DNA of 64,000 nucleotides from Methanothermococcus sp. Ax23 (GTDB taxonomy: Archaea; AGJL01; Methanococci; Methanococcales; Methanococcaceae), in assembly GCF_049075655.1 (NCBI RefSeq), contig NZ_CP157522.1, forward strand, positions 448,001 to 512,000, written 5' to 3'. The position numbers were made by a program, and so were the translations under genes. The notes beneath the pieces are model-generated. The model saw only the letters and a program-made list of their open reading frames with translations. It searched no databases and had not been told where the DNA came from. Positions within the stretch are counted from its first letter, which is position 1, and each line of letters begins with the position of its first letter. Positions 52,610 through 62,206 of this stretch are shown in pieces.

Positions 52610-53803
52610 CTACCACAAATTTCCATCTAAGTGGCTTTTTATTTTATCGTTGGTTGAATTATACATTCTTCCTATTTTAACTTTATGTATTCCATTTTCT
52701 AGTTTTTGTTTTTCTTTTATTGTATATGCAATATGGAGTTTTTTCAAATATACTAAAAATTCATTTAAATCCTCTTCACTATCTAAATATATCTCAAAAT
52801 CTTCTGTAATCAATTCACCTTTTGAAATATTTTTTATAGTATCTACCATTGGATAAAGTATTGATTTTCCTATGTTTTTTGCTCTTTCCTCCATTTCTTT
52901 TTCGTCTTCATTGAATTCAAATGACTGATATCCCTCCCTAACTAATCTGCTGAACATAAAATCAATACCTAAATCATATACATACCTAAATGCCACAGAT
53001 AAATCATTGCACTGGGTGTAGTGAGTGGTGTATTTTATAGGGTTTATTAACATGCCAGGGTCTTTTAAAACTACACCTTCCCTTTTTTCTTCATTTAGCT
53101 TTAATATTACCTTCTTTATGTGCTCAACATCCTCTTTATTAAATACTCCAATAGGTTTCACATAGGGGAGCTCATATTTTTGTAGGAGCTCCTCCTTTTC
53201 CTTTATTGAAAGTGGCTTATTTGTTTCCCTATGTCTTACATCAAATATATAAAACCCTAAATTTTCGATAATATTATTTTTATTATTGCCATTGTTCTTA
53301 ATTAGTATATTATCAACTTCTGGATAATAATGAGGAACATAGGGATTGTTTAATCCTATCATCTCACCACAAAGCATTAAATCAGGATAATCGTCCAATA
53401 TATTCGTATTTAAAAACTTTAATGCTTTTTTTGTCGTGAATGGACAAATTCGCCCTCCTCGTGTAATTGCCACCACTTCATTATCTACTTTTGCTATCCT
53501 CACATTGTATCCGTCCAGTTTTTCCTCAACAACAATTTTATCAATAAAGTAATTTTTTAATGTGGGATAAAGCATCATTGCACGCCTTATTTTTGGATAG
53601 CCCATTACAATATCCATATTATTATTTAAAAATAAAACCGTCCCCCTCTCAATATGTCTAAGCTTCTTTTTAAATAAAAGGTATTTTTTATTATTGTGCT
53701 CATCAAAAGAAATTATTTTTCTTTCAAATGCCTTTTTTATATCAGCTTCATCTAATTTCAACCTTTCCGAGACCTTTAAAATATCAATATCCATAAAAAT
53801 CAC
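52610..53803 (-). CDS. ATP-dependent RNA ligase, Rnl3 (Pab1020-type) family
   Basis: ERGTV, GYPKIRR, motif I EEKLDGYNVR, TRGG.ICPFTT, REGVVLKD, FMFSRLVREG. Confidence 0.92.
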   Translation of the reverse strand: MIFMDIDILKVSERLKLDEADIKKAFERKIISFDEHNNKKYLLFKKKLRHIERGTVLFLNNNMDIVMGYPKIRRAMMLYPTLKNYFIDKIVVEEKLDGYNVRIAKVDNEVVAITRGGRICPFTTKKALKFLNTNILDDYPDLMLCGEMIGLNNPYVPHYYPEVDNILIKNNGNNKNNIIENLGFYIFDVRHRETNKPLSIKEKEELLQKYELPYVKPIGVFNKEDVEHIKKVILKLNEEKREGVVLKDPGMLINPIKYTTHYTQCNDLSVAFRYVYDLGIDFMFSRLVREGYQSFEFNEDEKEMEERAKNIGKSILYPMVDTIKNISKGELITEDFEIYLDSEEDLNEFLVYLKKLHIAYTIKEKQKLENGIHKVKIGRMYNSTNDKIKSHLDGNLW

Positions 53804-53860
53804 AATTATATTTATTATATCTATTCACTTAATTTATGCTTATTTTATATTATGCTTATT

Positions 53861-54520
53861 TTATATCTTGTTTTTTATAATATTTAATTTCCTTAATTTT
53901 TTAGATACCTTACTAAAAAACAGAATATTCAATGGAGTTCCCAATTTTGTATAACATTTTGGCTCTTTATTCTTTTTTAGTGCCTTTAAAAATTCCTTTG
54001 GATTGTCTTTATCAAATTCATCAACTTCCATATATGCATTGCCGAGCTCCCATGGAAAATGAGAATCGCTCCCTACACCCATTAACAGATTATTTATTTT
54101 AGCATATTCATATGCCATCATATTTGGTTCATCCTGTATGCATCGACTATTAAAAACCTCGACAATATCAACTTTCTTAATAAATTCTTTATTATTTAAC
54201 ACATCAAACCTACACAGAGACCTCCTTCTCCTCCCATCAAATGGATGAGGTAGATAAATCAATCCACCCTGCTCCTTTACCTTATCCATAGCCTCAAAAA
54301 TATCCTTTTCATTTATCTGTTCATTTAAAAATACTCCTATAAATTCTCCTTTTTCTGTGGCTATCTCCTCTCCCGGAATCCCAAAATCCACCTTTGTTAA
54401 TACATTATGGTCTGCTATAACAGGCAGGATATCTTTTATTGAACAAACTTTTTTTAGAAGTTTTATGGGATTTATTGAACATCTGGAACATACTGTATGA
54501 ACATGCATGTCAATTTTCAT
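53861..54520 (-). CDS. PHP-domain phosphoesterase
   Basis: DMHVHT, ADHN, IPGEE, PHPF, EVFNSR, GSDSH. Confidence 0.92.
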   Translation of the reverse strand: MKIDMHVHTVCSRCSINPIKLLKKVCSIKDILPVIADHNVLTKVDFGIPGEEIATEKGEFIGVFLNEQINEKDIFEAMDKVKEQGGLIYLPHPFDGRRRRSLCRFDVLNNKEFIKKVDIVEVFNSRCIQDEPNMMAYEYAKINNLLMGVGSDSHFPWELGNAYMEVDEFDKDNPKEFLKALKKNKEPKCYTKLGTPLNILFFSKVSKKLRKLNIIKNKI

Positions 54521-54612
54521 TTATTTTTCACCAAATAAATTTTATAAGTATAGTAAATCGACGAACATTTAAGGACATTCAAGGACATCTCATGTCGATT
54601 TACTATAATCCC

Positions 54613-55911
54613 TCATTCATTAGGGATGAATTTCTCTTTTATTTTACCTATCTTTTTATAAATATCATTTAAAAACTTATCCCCGAATATGAATTTTTTA
54701 TTTTCCAATAATACTCTCCCATTCACTATTACTGTATCCACATCATTTCCATTTGCAGAATATACAATATTTGATTTTATATTATTGATAGGTCTTAAAT
54801 GTGGTGCATTAAGGTCTAATAACACAATATCGTTATTTTCAAATCCTAATATTTCACTGTCAAAAGCCATCTTTAAAACCGTGTCAATATCTCCAACTGT
54901 TGGGTCCCATCTATGTGCTTTGTGAAGTAATGCGGTGATTTTCATTTCTTCCAAAATATCTAAATTATTGTTGCTCGCAGGTCCATCTGTTCCAATGGAT
55001 ACTTTTACGCCATCATTTAACATCTCCACAAGGGGCATAACCCCACCGCTTGCAAGTTTCATATTACTTCCTGGGCAGTGGGATACTTTCACATTATGCT
55101 TCGCAAGTTTTTTTACCTCATCCTTTGTAATCCATACACAGTGAGCTCCCATTACATTGCTATCCAACACTCCAATATTTTCCAAATATTCAATAGGTCT
55201 CATTTTTATATTATTCTCCATTTCCACTACTTCGTATCTAGTTTCAGATATGTGGGTGTGCAATAAGGTGTTGTATTCATCGGCTATTTCCTTACATCTA
55301 ATATATGTTTCCTTTGAGCAGGTGTATGGGGCATGTGGGGCTATTGCTGGTTTAACTGTTTTTTCATCCTTATGTTCTTTTATAAAATTTTCTGCCATCT
55401 TTAAAAGTTTGTCCAAGTCCTTACTTTCAGGAGTTCCAAAGTCAATTATTGGAAAACTTATTACTCCCTTTAATCCAATTTCCTTTGTAGCTCTTAATAT
55501 CTCTTCTGAAAAGAAATACATTTCATTAAATGATGTAATACCAAACCTCAGCATTTCAAGGCATCCCAATAGAGAACCGTAATAAACATCCTCTTTTGTG
55601 AGTTTTGCCTCATTGGGCCATATTTTATCATTTAACCAATTCTGTAAAATCATGTCGTCGGCAATTCCCCTTAAAAGGGTCATTGGAATATGTGTATGAG
55701 TGTTTGTTAATCCCGGCATTGCACATTTGTTCTTTCCATCGATTATTTTTAAATCCTTCTTGTTTAGGTTTTCCTTTTCCAACAGATTCTTGCCAATTAC
55801 AATTTTTGTGTTATTGTCGTCATTTTCTTCTTTTATTAGGATATCGACACTTTCATAAACATTTAACTCTTTATCAACTGCGTAATTTAAATTTTCTACC
55901 AATATCATCAT
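54613..55911 (-). CDS. dadD: 5'-deoxyadenosine / MTA-SAH deaminase (amidohydrolase)
   Basis: PGLTNTHTH, APHAPYTCS, HTHISET, AHCVW, SNMKLASG, GTDGPASNN. Confidence 0.85.
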   Translation of the reverse strand: MMILVENLNYAVDKELNVYESVDILIKEENDDNNTKIVIGKNLLEKENLNKKDLKIIDGKNKCAMPGLTNTHTHIPMTLLRGIADDMILQNWLNDKIWPNEAKLTKEDVYYGSLLGCLEMLRFGITSFNEMYFFSEEILRATKEIGLKGVISFPIIDFGTPESKDLDKLLKMAENFIKEHKDEKTVKPAIAPHAPYTCSKETYIRCKEIADEYNTLLHTHISETRYEVVEMENNIKMRPIEYLENIGVLDSNVMGAHCVWITKDEVKKLAKHNVKVSHCPGSNMKLASGGVMPLVEMLNDGVKVSIGTDGPASNNNLDILEEMKITALLHKAHRWDPTVGDIDTVLKMAFDSEILGFENNDIVLLDLNAPHLRPINNIKSNIVYSANGNDVDTVIVNGRVLLENKKFIFGDKFLNDIYKKIGKIKEKFIPNE

Positions 55912-56087
55912 ATTACCACTAAATTTGCAAATTATTTTATAAATATAATATTAAATTAAAAATAAAAAGATAAAAGGTTTTTTATAATATATAATACAAC
56001 ATATAAATTTGTTAATGTTTAAATTCGTTATTTCATTATTAAAATTCTTTGTTCATAAAAATAGTAATTTAAAGGATTCATTTATAT

Positions 56088-57016
56088 TAGTGTGGGTCAT
56101 ATTACACTCTAACCTCTAATACCTTCATATAAGGATAACCTCTGGTAATGAGATTATATAGTGCTAAAACCTGTGCAGAAACTACTGCACAGAGACAGAA
56201 TACTTTTTTACGAATATAACCTTTGATATTAATCCAAAACTTATTCATAAATCGGTTCTTTAATATTGAATTGGTGTGCTCTATTTTAACTCTTATCTTA
56301 GAAACTTCCGAAGGAAGTTTCTTTTTATTTTTCCTACCCAATCTCCGTGGATTATGTGCTGTTATTAGTTCATTTTTGTATAATTCTATCGCTTTTTTTT
56401 AAATCTTTTGAATCATAGCCTGCATCTGCACAGGACTTTTTGGTAGGTACTAATAATTTATCAGCTACTTTACAATCGTGAGTATTTGCTGTGGTAAATT
56501 CTGCTCTTAATGGTATTCCTAACTTATCTACTGCTAAATGTAATTTAAAGCCTTTAAACATTCCTACACTGTTATATCCTATCTTTCCCTCAATATCTGT
56601 TTCGTCTTTTATTGGAGTGCTATCGTATATTGACCATTCAGGATTATTTAGTTCAATATATTTATCACCTAATAAAGTAATTATTGCATGCAATTCTTCA
56701 TCTAGGGATTTTTTCCATCTATCGATGGTTCTTCTACCAGGGCAGGATTTAAATCCTAATGCAGTTAAAATCTGTGGATTATTTTGTAAGTGTAATACTA
56801 ACGCTCTATTTGAATGTATGCCTTTTAAAAAGGCATACACTAATAGTTTAAGCCTCAACTCTAAATTATATCCTTTTCTCCCTACCTTTCTTCGTTTAGG
56901 GATTCGGTCAATTAAATCTGATGTAATTATCTCATTTACCACTTCCTCAGCCTTCATATTATCGTCTTTTTTATAATATTATATTTAGTATAGGTTATAT
57001 ATTTTGACCCATACTA
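56088..57016 (-). mobile_element. 929-bp insertion sequence with DDE transposase (IS4/IS5-like fold, family not assigned), 12-bp TIRs, 14-bp target duplication
   Basis: TIRs TAGTGTGGGTCA (56088-56099) and TGACCCATACTA (57005-57016); direct repeat GGATTCATTTATAT at 56074-56087 and 57017-57030. Confidence 0.93.
56102..56957 (-). pseudogene. DDE transposase split by a one-base frameshift in an A8 run
   Basis: YDST, GFKLH, ADAGYDS in the first frame; R..IE in the second; removing one A at 56393-56400 joins them (DLKKAIELYKNELITAHNPRR). Confidence 0.8.
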
Positions 57017-57081
57017 GGATTCATTTATATTTTTAAAACACGGTTTACTATGCTCTTTTTTAAATCTTAAAATATAATATT

Positions 57082-57414
57082 TTACTCCACATTTCTTATA
57101 TAAATAAATACATCATATTTATTTCCTTCATTATCATAGGCATGGGTTTTTCTCCTGAAATAATATTCTCCCTCATCCTCATAATCGTCAAATATCTTTA
57201 ATTCATCTTCTGATATGCCAAATAAAATAATTCCTTCGACAACTGAATTTTCTTTTTTCCTAATGCCGTAATAACCGATACTTTGGTCAAAAAACTTTTC
57301 AAATCCCATTATTTTTCCTTTTTTCATCTCTGGAATTCTATTTATTAATTCCTTTAACCTATCCTTTTTCATTAATTCTCCATAGGCAAATACATTAATT
57401 TTCGTAATATCCAT
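57082..57414 (-). CDS. Gamma-glutamylcyclotransferase (AIG2-like) family protein
   Basis: VFAYGELM, VEGI, FDDYE...Y.R. Confidence 0.88.
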   Translation of the reverse strand: MDITKINVFAYGELMKKDRLKELINRIPEMKKGKIMGFEKFFDQSIGYYGIRKKENSVVEGIILFGISEDELKIFDDYEDEGEYYFRRKTHAYDNEGNKYDVFIYIRNVE

Positions 57415-58283
57415 TATATCCCCATATTTAGATGATTATATATTATCCCTTCTCTTATGCCATATTCTGAAATAATTAACTCCTTACACTCAAATAAGTC
57501 CATAATCTCAGATATTACTATTCCAGCAGAAACTACGGTTTCTGACCGTTTAGATGATATGTCATATTTATTTGAGATATCATCTGGTTTTAAATGTTTT
57601 ATTTTTGATAGTATTTCATTTAACTGATTCTTACTTACCCTTCTCTTACCTATAATTTTTACCAATGCCCTTACACTACCACCTACTCCAACTATTTTAT
57701 CAGATGTTGATGCTGGGTTAATATGTTTTTTTATCTTTTTCCGCATACCTTCTTCATCTACCAATACTCCGTTTTTAAAAAACTCTCCATAGTTCAGAGT
57801 GCCTAATGGGTAGCTATTATAATGTTTAATCTTGCCTCCTGATACACCGCATATTTCTAAACTTCCACCGCCAATATCAAAAACAAGACCCTCTGAAATG
57901 TCAGTATCCAATAAAGCCCCATATGCTGAATACATCGCTTCCTCTTCATCAGATAATATTTTTATATCAAAAATATCCTTAGTTTCTTCCAAAAATTCTG
58001 ATTTATTTCCTGCTATTCTTACAGCATATGTTGCAAAGGCTATTACCTCTTTTGGATTATATTTATCCAATTCTTCCTTAAAGTCCTTTAAAATATTTTT
58101 AGTTTTTAATATACCATCCTTTGAAATTATACATTTATTAAAATATATATGTTGTAAATAATTAAATAACCTTAAATAAATTGATTTTGTATATATCTTA
58201 TTAATTTTACCGTTATTAATTTTATATATTACTAATTTTACAGTATTTGAACCTATATCCACTAACCCTACTGTTCCCTCCAA
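57414..58283 (-). CDS. ppx: Ppx/GppA family exopolyphosphatase
   Basis: DIGSNTVKL, AT.AVR.A.N, EEA, DIGGGSLE, YGIREG. Confidence 0.9.
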   Translation of the reverse strand: MEGTVGLVDIGSNTVKLVIYKINNGKINKIYTKSIYLRLFNYLQHIYFNKCIISKDGILKTKNILKDFKEELDKYNPKEVIAFATYAVRIAGNKSEFLEETKDIFDIKILSDEEEAMYSAYGALLDTDISEGLVFDIGGGSLEICGVSGGKIKHYNSYPLGTLNYGEFFKNGVLVDEEGMRKKIKKHINPASTSDKIVGVGGSVRALVKIIGKRRVSKNQLNEILSKIKHLKPDDISNKYDISSKRSETVVSAGIVISEIMDLFECKELIISEYGIREGIIYNHLNMGI

Positions 58284-58326
58284 TTTAACACCTTCTTTAA
58301 CATCTTATGCTTATCGGTTTTATTAC

Positions 58327-58379
58327 TTGACAAAATCCCTTCGGGATTTTGTAAGTTAGTAAATCCAAAGGATTAACTT
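58327..58379 (+). repeat. Double-hairpin mini-element, family B
   Basis: TTGACAAAATCCC-TTC-GGGATTTTGT..AATCC-AAA-GGATT-AACTT. Confidence 0.8.
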
Positions 58380-58552
58380 TGAATTAATATACTAATTTCA
58401 TCCATAATCATATTCTATTATTTAAATAGTTCTAATTTGTATATAAAATTTTCTATTTATTAAATATTAATTCATAAATTATGAACTTATATTATAAAAT
58501 AAAAAATTATTAAATAATACACACACCCACTTAAATAACCAAATAACCTAAA

Positions 58553-60916
58553 TTAGAAAAAACTATCCAATGTTATTTGTTTATTAAGGTTTTTGAGCTC
58601 ATCCTTTGAAATTCCTAATGATTCCATTATCCGTAATACGGGCGGTAAAATTTGATTATCAATATAATATGATGTATCGTAATCTTTTGCATCCTCTGGA
58701 AGAGTTGCCCTTTCACTTATAGATTTATTTCCACTAATTATTATATATCCTATCACATCCCCTACTTTTAATCTCCCGCCATTTTTTAATATTTTTTTTG
58801 CCACTTCAACATGGGGTGCTGTGGTTTTATATTCGTTGATATCCTTTGTGAGCTGAGTATATATTATTAAATCCTTTTTATCGATTTTTCCATTTCTTAA
58901 ATCTGTTATGGTGTCCCTTATAATACTTTTTGCCTTTTCAATATCCCCCTCTTTTAACAGGGTTTCTAAAACATCTCTTTGAGTTTTCTTTGCAATATTC
59001 GACCAGTCCCGCCTTACAAACTCTAATCCTTTTATTGTTATTTTATCGTTTTCGTCGATAAGTGCGTATCTCTTTTTTGTGATAAATATACCCCTTTTAT
59101 AGTATCCTTCAAACTCTAACTCCATATCTTTTGGAAGTTTTTCATTTATTCTGTTTAAAAATTCATAGGTTTTATTTAATAGGGTTTTTTTATCGGTGTT
59201 TTTCTTCAATACTGAATATAATCCATCAGTGTCAGCATATATTACTTTAAATCCGTTTTTTTCCGCTTCTTCAATAGTTTTTTGAATATATGTCCTGCCC
59301 AAATGTGTAATTATTTCGGCACATTCCTTCGAATACCACCGAGCTCTTGGATAAGCCATATATCCATAATATGAATTTGCCAATGTCTTCAAAGATTTTT
59401 GCTCATAATTTAGCAGATTATAGTATTCAGAGTTATTTTTATATTTATCATCTTTTTTACTGTCTTTCTCTTTTAAAATTTTTTTAATATTTTTTCTCCT
59501 TTCAATCAAGTTCCTTAATACTTTTGGAATAAGTCCAGTTCTTCTTTTACAAAACCAATGACCCAATATCTTTTCAGATGTATCCTCACAGCATTTGCAG
59601 TCGATGGTATCAGGGCTAATATTGTAGCTTATTATGATGGAAGGGTAGAGAGCTCTGAAATCCATACTCACAATATTTTCATGCATGCCCTTAATTGGCT
59701 CCTTTACATAACCCCCTTCATAATATCCCCTTAATCTTTTTTGATATTCTCTGTTTGAAGGTTTATTTGGTGCTAAAAAGTTGTTATTAAATGAATGCTT
59801 TAATAAAAGATATTCAACCATCTGACTGCTTCCCATTCTGCTAACTTCGAATAGTGTTTGATTTACAATTCTTGAAAACATGACCTCCAACGGCAAAAAA
59901 TATTCTCCAATTTTGTATGTATAATAAGCGTCTTGAAAAGAGTATTCAACAAGATTTTTATCCATATTATTCCACAGATTTGATATATTTTGATGCCCAA
60001 CTTCTAACTTATGCACCCCAAAGAGCTCATAACTTACATCTTCCAATTTATATTTTGTTAGGTTTAGGGTTCTTCTTGCTATTGGATATAAATCAATATG
60101 CACTTTTCCCGGAATATAGCTTCTTAAATGAATTCCCCCTCGTGAAATCTTTATTTTCTGTTTTTTCTGTTTATCAAAAGATACATCTATTCCAAAATGC
60201 TCAGCTCTTCTTTTTAAATAAGGAAAATCAAAGTTATCGCCGTTGTAAGTGTATATTATATCGTAATCTTTTAGAATGTCAATTGTTCTTTTTATAAGTT
60301 CTTTCTCATCCATCACGAGCTCCACATATTCATGCTCAAAAGGTTTGTATGTTATTACTTTTTTTAAGTCCTTTGAACAAAAACTTGTCATCAATATGGG
60401 GTTTTTCTCTGGGTCAGGTTCTCTGCCTTCGCAATATACTTCCATATCAAAGGAAATGGTTTTTAATTCTGGTAGGTTGTTATTTGCTATTATTCTGTTT
60501 TCATCCTCAAAATCATTATAGTATGTTGTTGGGATTATATTTTTATCAATTAAATACCGCTTTGTAAATGGAATGTCGTGTTCATATATTTCTCCGAGCT
60601 CCTTTAATACTCTCAGTTTTGGAACATCTTTTGGATACTTTACAGTTATTTTTGTAAGATTCTTTTCAATTATTCGATTTTTTGAGTCATTGAGATTACT
60701 GTTTATAATAATCTTTTTTACAGTTTCAAGGTCTTCGATATAATTTAGGAGATTTTTTTTATCCTCATCACTACTTAAAAAGTCATTTATTTCCTTTATA
60801 GGGGCATCCACATAAAAATATGGTTTAAAATTATTCTCTTTTAAAATTCTATTTAGCAGATATAGGTAGATACATTTGTCTTCTGAATCGTAATTTATAT
60901 CAATAAGGGCATCCAT
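58553..60916 (-). CDS. polB: Family B DNA polymerase (intein-free)
   Basis: Exo FDMEV, YNGDNFD; pol DFRALYPSII, K.LANSYYGY, YADTDG; C-terminal PIP box QITLDSFF. Confidence 0.97.
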   Translation of the reverse strand: MDALIDINYDSEDKCIYLYLLNRILKENNFKPYFYVDAPIKEINDFLSSDEDKKNLLNYIEDLETVKKIIINSNLNDSKNRIIEKNLTKITVKYPKDVPKLRVLKELGEIYEHDIPFTKRYLIDKNIIPTTYYNDFEDENRIIANNNLPELKTISFDMEVYCEGREPDPEKNPILMTSFCSKDLKKVITYKPFEHEYVELVMDEKELIKRTIDILKDYDIIYTYNGDNFDFPYLKRRAEHFGIDVSFDKQKKQKIKISRGGIHLRSYIPGKVHIDLYPIARRTLNLTKYKLEDVSYELFGVHKLEVGHQNISNLWNNMDKNLVEYSFQDAYYTYKIGEYFLPLEVMFSRIVNQTLFEVSRMGSSQMVEYLLLKHSFNNNFLAPNKPSNREYQKRLRGYYEGGYVKEPIKGMHENIVSMDFRALYPSIIISYNISPDTIDCKCCEDTSEKILGHWFCKRRTGLIPKVLRNLIERRKNIKKILKEKDSKKDDKYKNNSEYYNLLNYEQKSLKTLANSYYGYMAYPRARWYSKECAEIITHLGRTYIQKTIEEAEKNGFKVIYADTDGLYSVLKKNTDKKTLLNKTYEFLNRINEKLPKDMELEFEGYYKRGIFITKKRYALIDENDKITIKGLEFVRRDWSNIAKKTQRDVLETLLKEGDIEKAKSIIRDTITDLRNGKIDKKDLIIYTQLTKDINEYKTTAPHVEVAKKILKNGGRLKVGDVIGYIIISGNKSISERATLPEDAKDYDTSYYIDNQILPPVLRIMESLGISKDELKNLNKQITLDSFF

Positions 60917-61059
60917 ACTTACACCAAAAAATATAATAATTAACTGAATTTATCTGATTTCAGCTATTTAATATTTTTCCAGATGTTAATCTTCCTAAAA
61001 TAATATATATTAATAAATATATACCTTATTGCTGTAAAATAAGTAGAAAATGGCTGAGA

Positions 61060-61251
61060 GTGATATTAATGAATATAGTTCAATCCTATATTACTGATGA
61101 AAAAGGAGATATTAAAGGAGTGATTTTAGATTATAAAGTATTTAAAAAGATTGAAGAGATGATTTTAGATTATGGCCTCTTAAAGGCGATGGAAGAAGTT
61201 GAAGAAGATGAAGAGATAGACTTAGAAACTGCAAAAAAGTTATTGGAATAG
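61060..61251 (+). CDS. Antitoxin of a type II TA pair
   Basis: Small acidic protein (YITDEKG..KGVILDY) immediately upstream of relE. Confidence 0.8.
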   Translation: MILMNIVQSYITDEKGDIKGVILDYKVFKKIEEMILDYGLLKAMEEVEEDEEIDLETAKKLLE

Positions 61252-61258
61252 GGAGAGA

Positions 61259-61525
61259 ATGGAAGTTTCATTCAAAAAGGCGTTTATTAAAGATTTTAAA
61301 AATTTGCCCAATAACATTAAAGAGCGAGTTAAGAAATTAGTTTTTGAAGAGATACCGAATAAAGCTAATATCTCCGATATACCAAATATTAAGAGATTAA
61401 AAGGGCATACTGGATATTACAGGATTAGAGTTGGAGATTATAGAATTGGTTTTAAATATAATAATGGAAAAATTGTTTTTTATAGGATTTTGCATCGAAA
61501 ATATATTTATAAAAAATTTCCATAA
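61259..61525 (+). CDS. relE: RelE/ParE family toxin
   Basis: [31 protein letters not shown]. Confidence 0.9.
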   Translation: MEVSFKKAFIKDFKNLPNNIKERVKKLVFEEIPNKANISDIPNIKRLKGHTGYYRIRVGDYRIGFKYNNGKIVFYRILHRKYIYKKFP

Positions 61526-61642
61526 GTTCAATATAATTAATAGTACATTATTTAGTGCCAACATCATATAAATATAATAATACTTTTTTGATTCAGATGA
61601 AATAAAAACTTAAACTTTAACTGAAGATTTTTTGGTGGTATT

Positions 61643-62137
61643 ATGATAATAAAAGGTAATGTTCATTCATTTGGTGATGATGTAGATACTGATGCTATAA
61701 TTCCAGGACCTTATTTAAAAACAACAGACCCTTATGAGCTCGCATCACACTGCATGGCAGGTATTGATGAGAACTTTCCAAAGAAGGTTAAGGAAGGAGA
61801 TATAATAGTTGCTGGCGAAAATTTTGGCTGTGGAAGTAGTAGGGAGCAGGCACCAATTTCTATAAAATACACAGGTATTAGGGCGGTTGTTGCCGAGAGT
61901 TTTGCAAGAATATTTTACAGAAACTGCATAAATATAGGGCTTATTCCAATTACCTGTAAAGGGATAAAAAAGGAGAATATACAGGACGGAGATATTGTAG
62001 AAATTGATTTAGAAAATAAAAAAATAATCATTAACAATAAAAAATTAGATTGCGATGTTCCAAAAGGCATAGAATGGGACATATTAAGTGCTGGTGGATT
62101 GGTTAAATATGCTAAATTAAAGGTAAATAAGGAATAA
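61643..62137 (+). CDS. hacB: Homoaconitase small subunit (LeuD family)
   Basis: [40 protein letters not shown]; closely resembles methanococcal HacB as recalled. Confidence 0.82.
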   Translation: MIIKGNVHSFGDDVDTDAIIPGPYLKTTDPYELASHCMAGIDENFPKKVKEGDIIVAGENFGCGSSREQAPISIKYTGIRAVVAESFARIFYRNCINIGLIPITCKGIKKENIQDGDIVEIDLENKKIIINNKKLDCDVPKGIEWDILSAGGLVKYAKLKVNKE

Positions 62138-62206
62138 AAAGAAAATAGATAAAAAATAAAATAAAAAGTAAAAAAATAAAAAACAAATAAATATAATGGT
62201 GATTTA

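Noticed and set aside
58553-60916. Inteins in PolB
   Set aside because: Motifs A, B and C are uninterrupted and the length fits an intein-free enzyme
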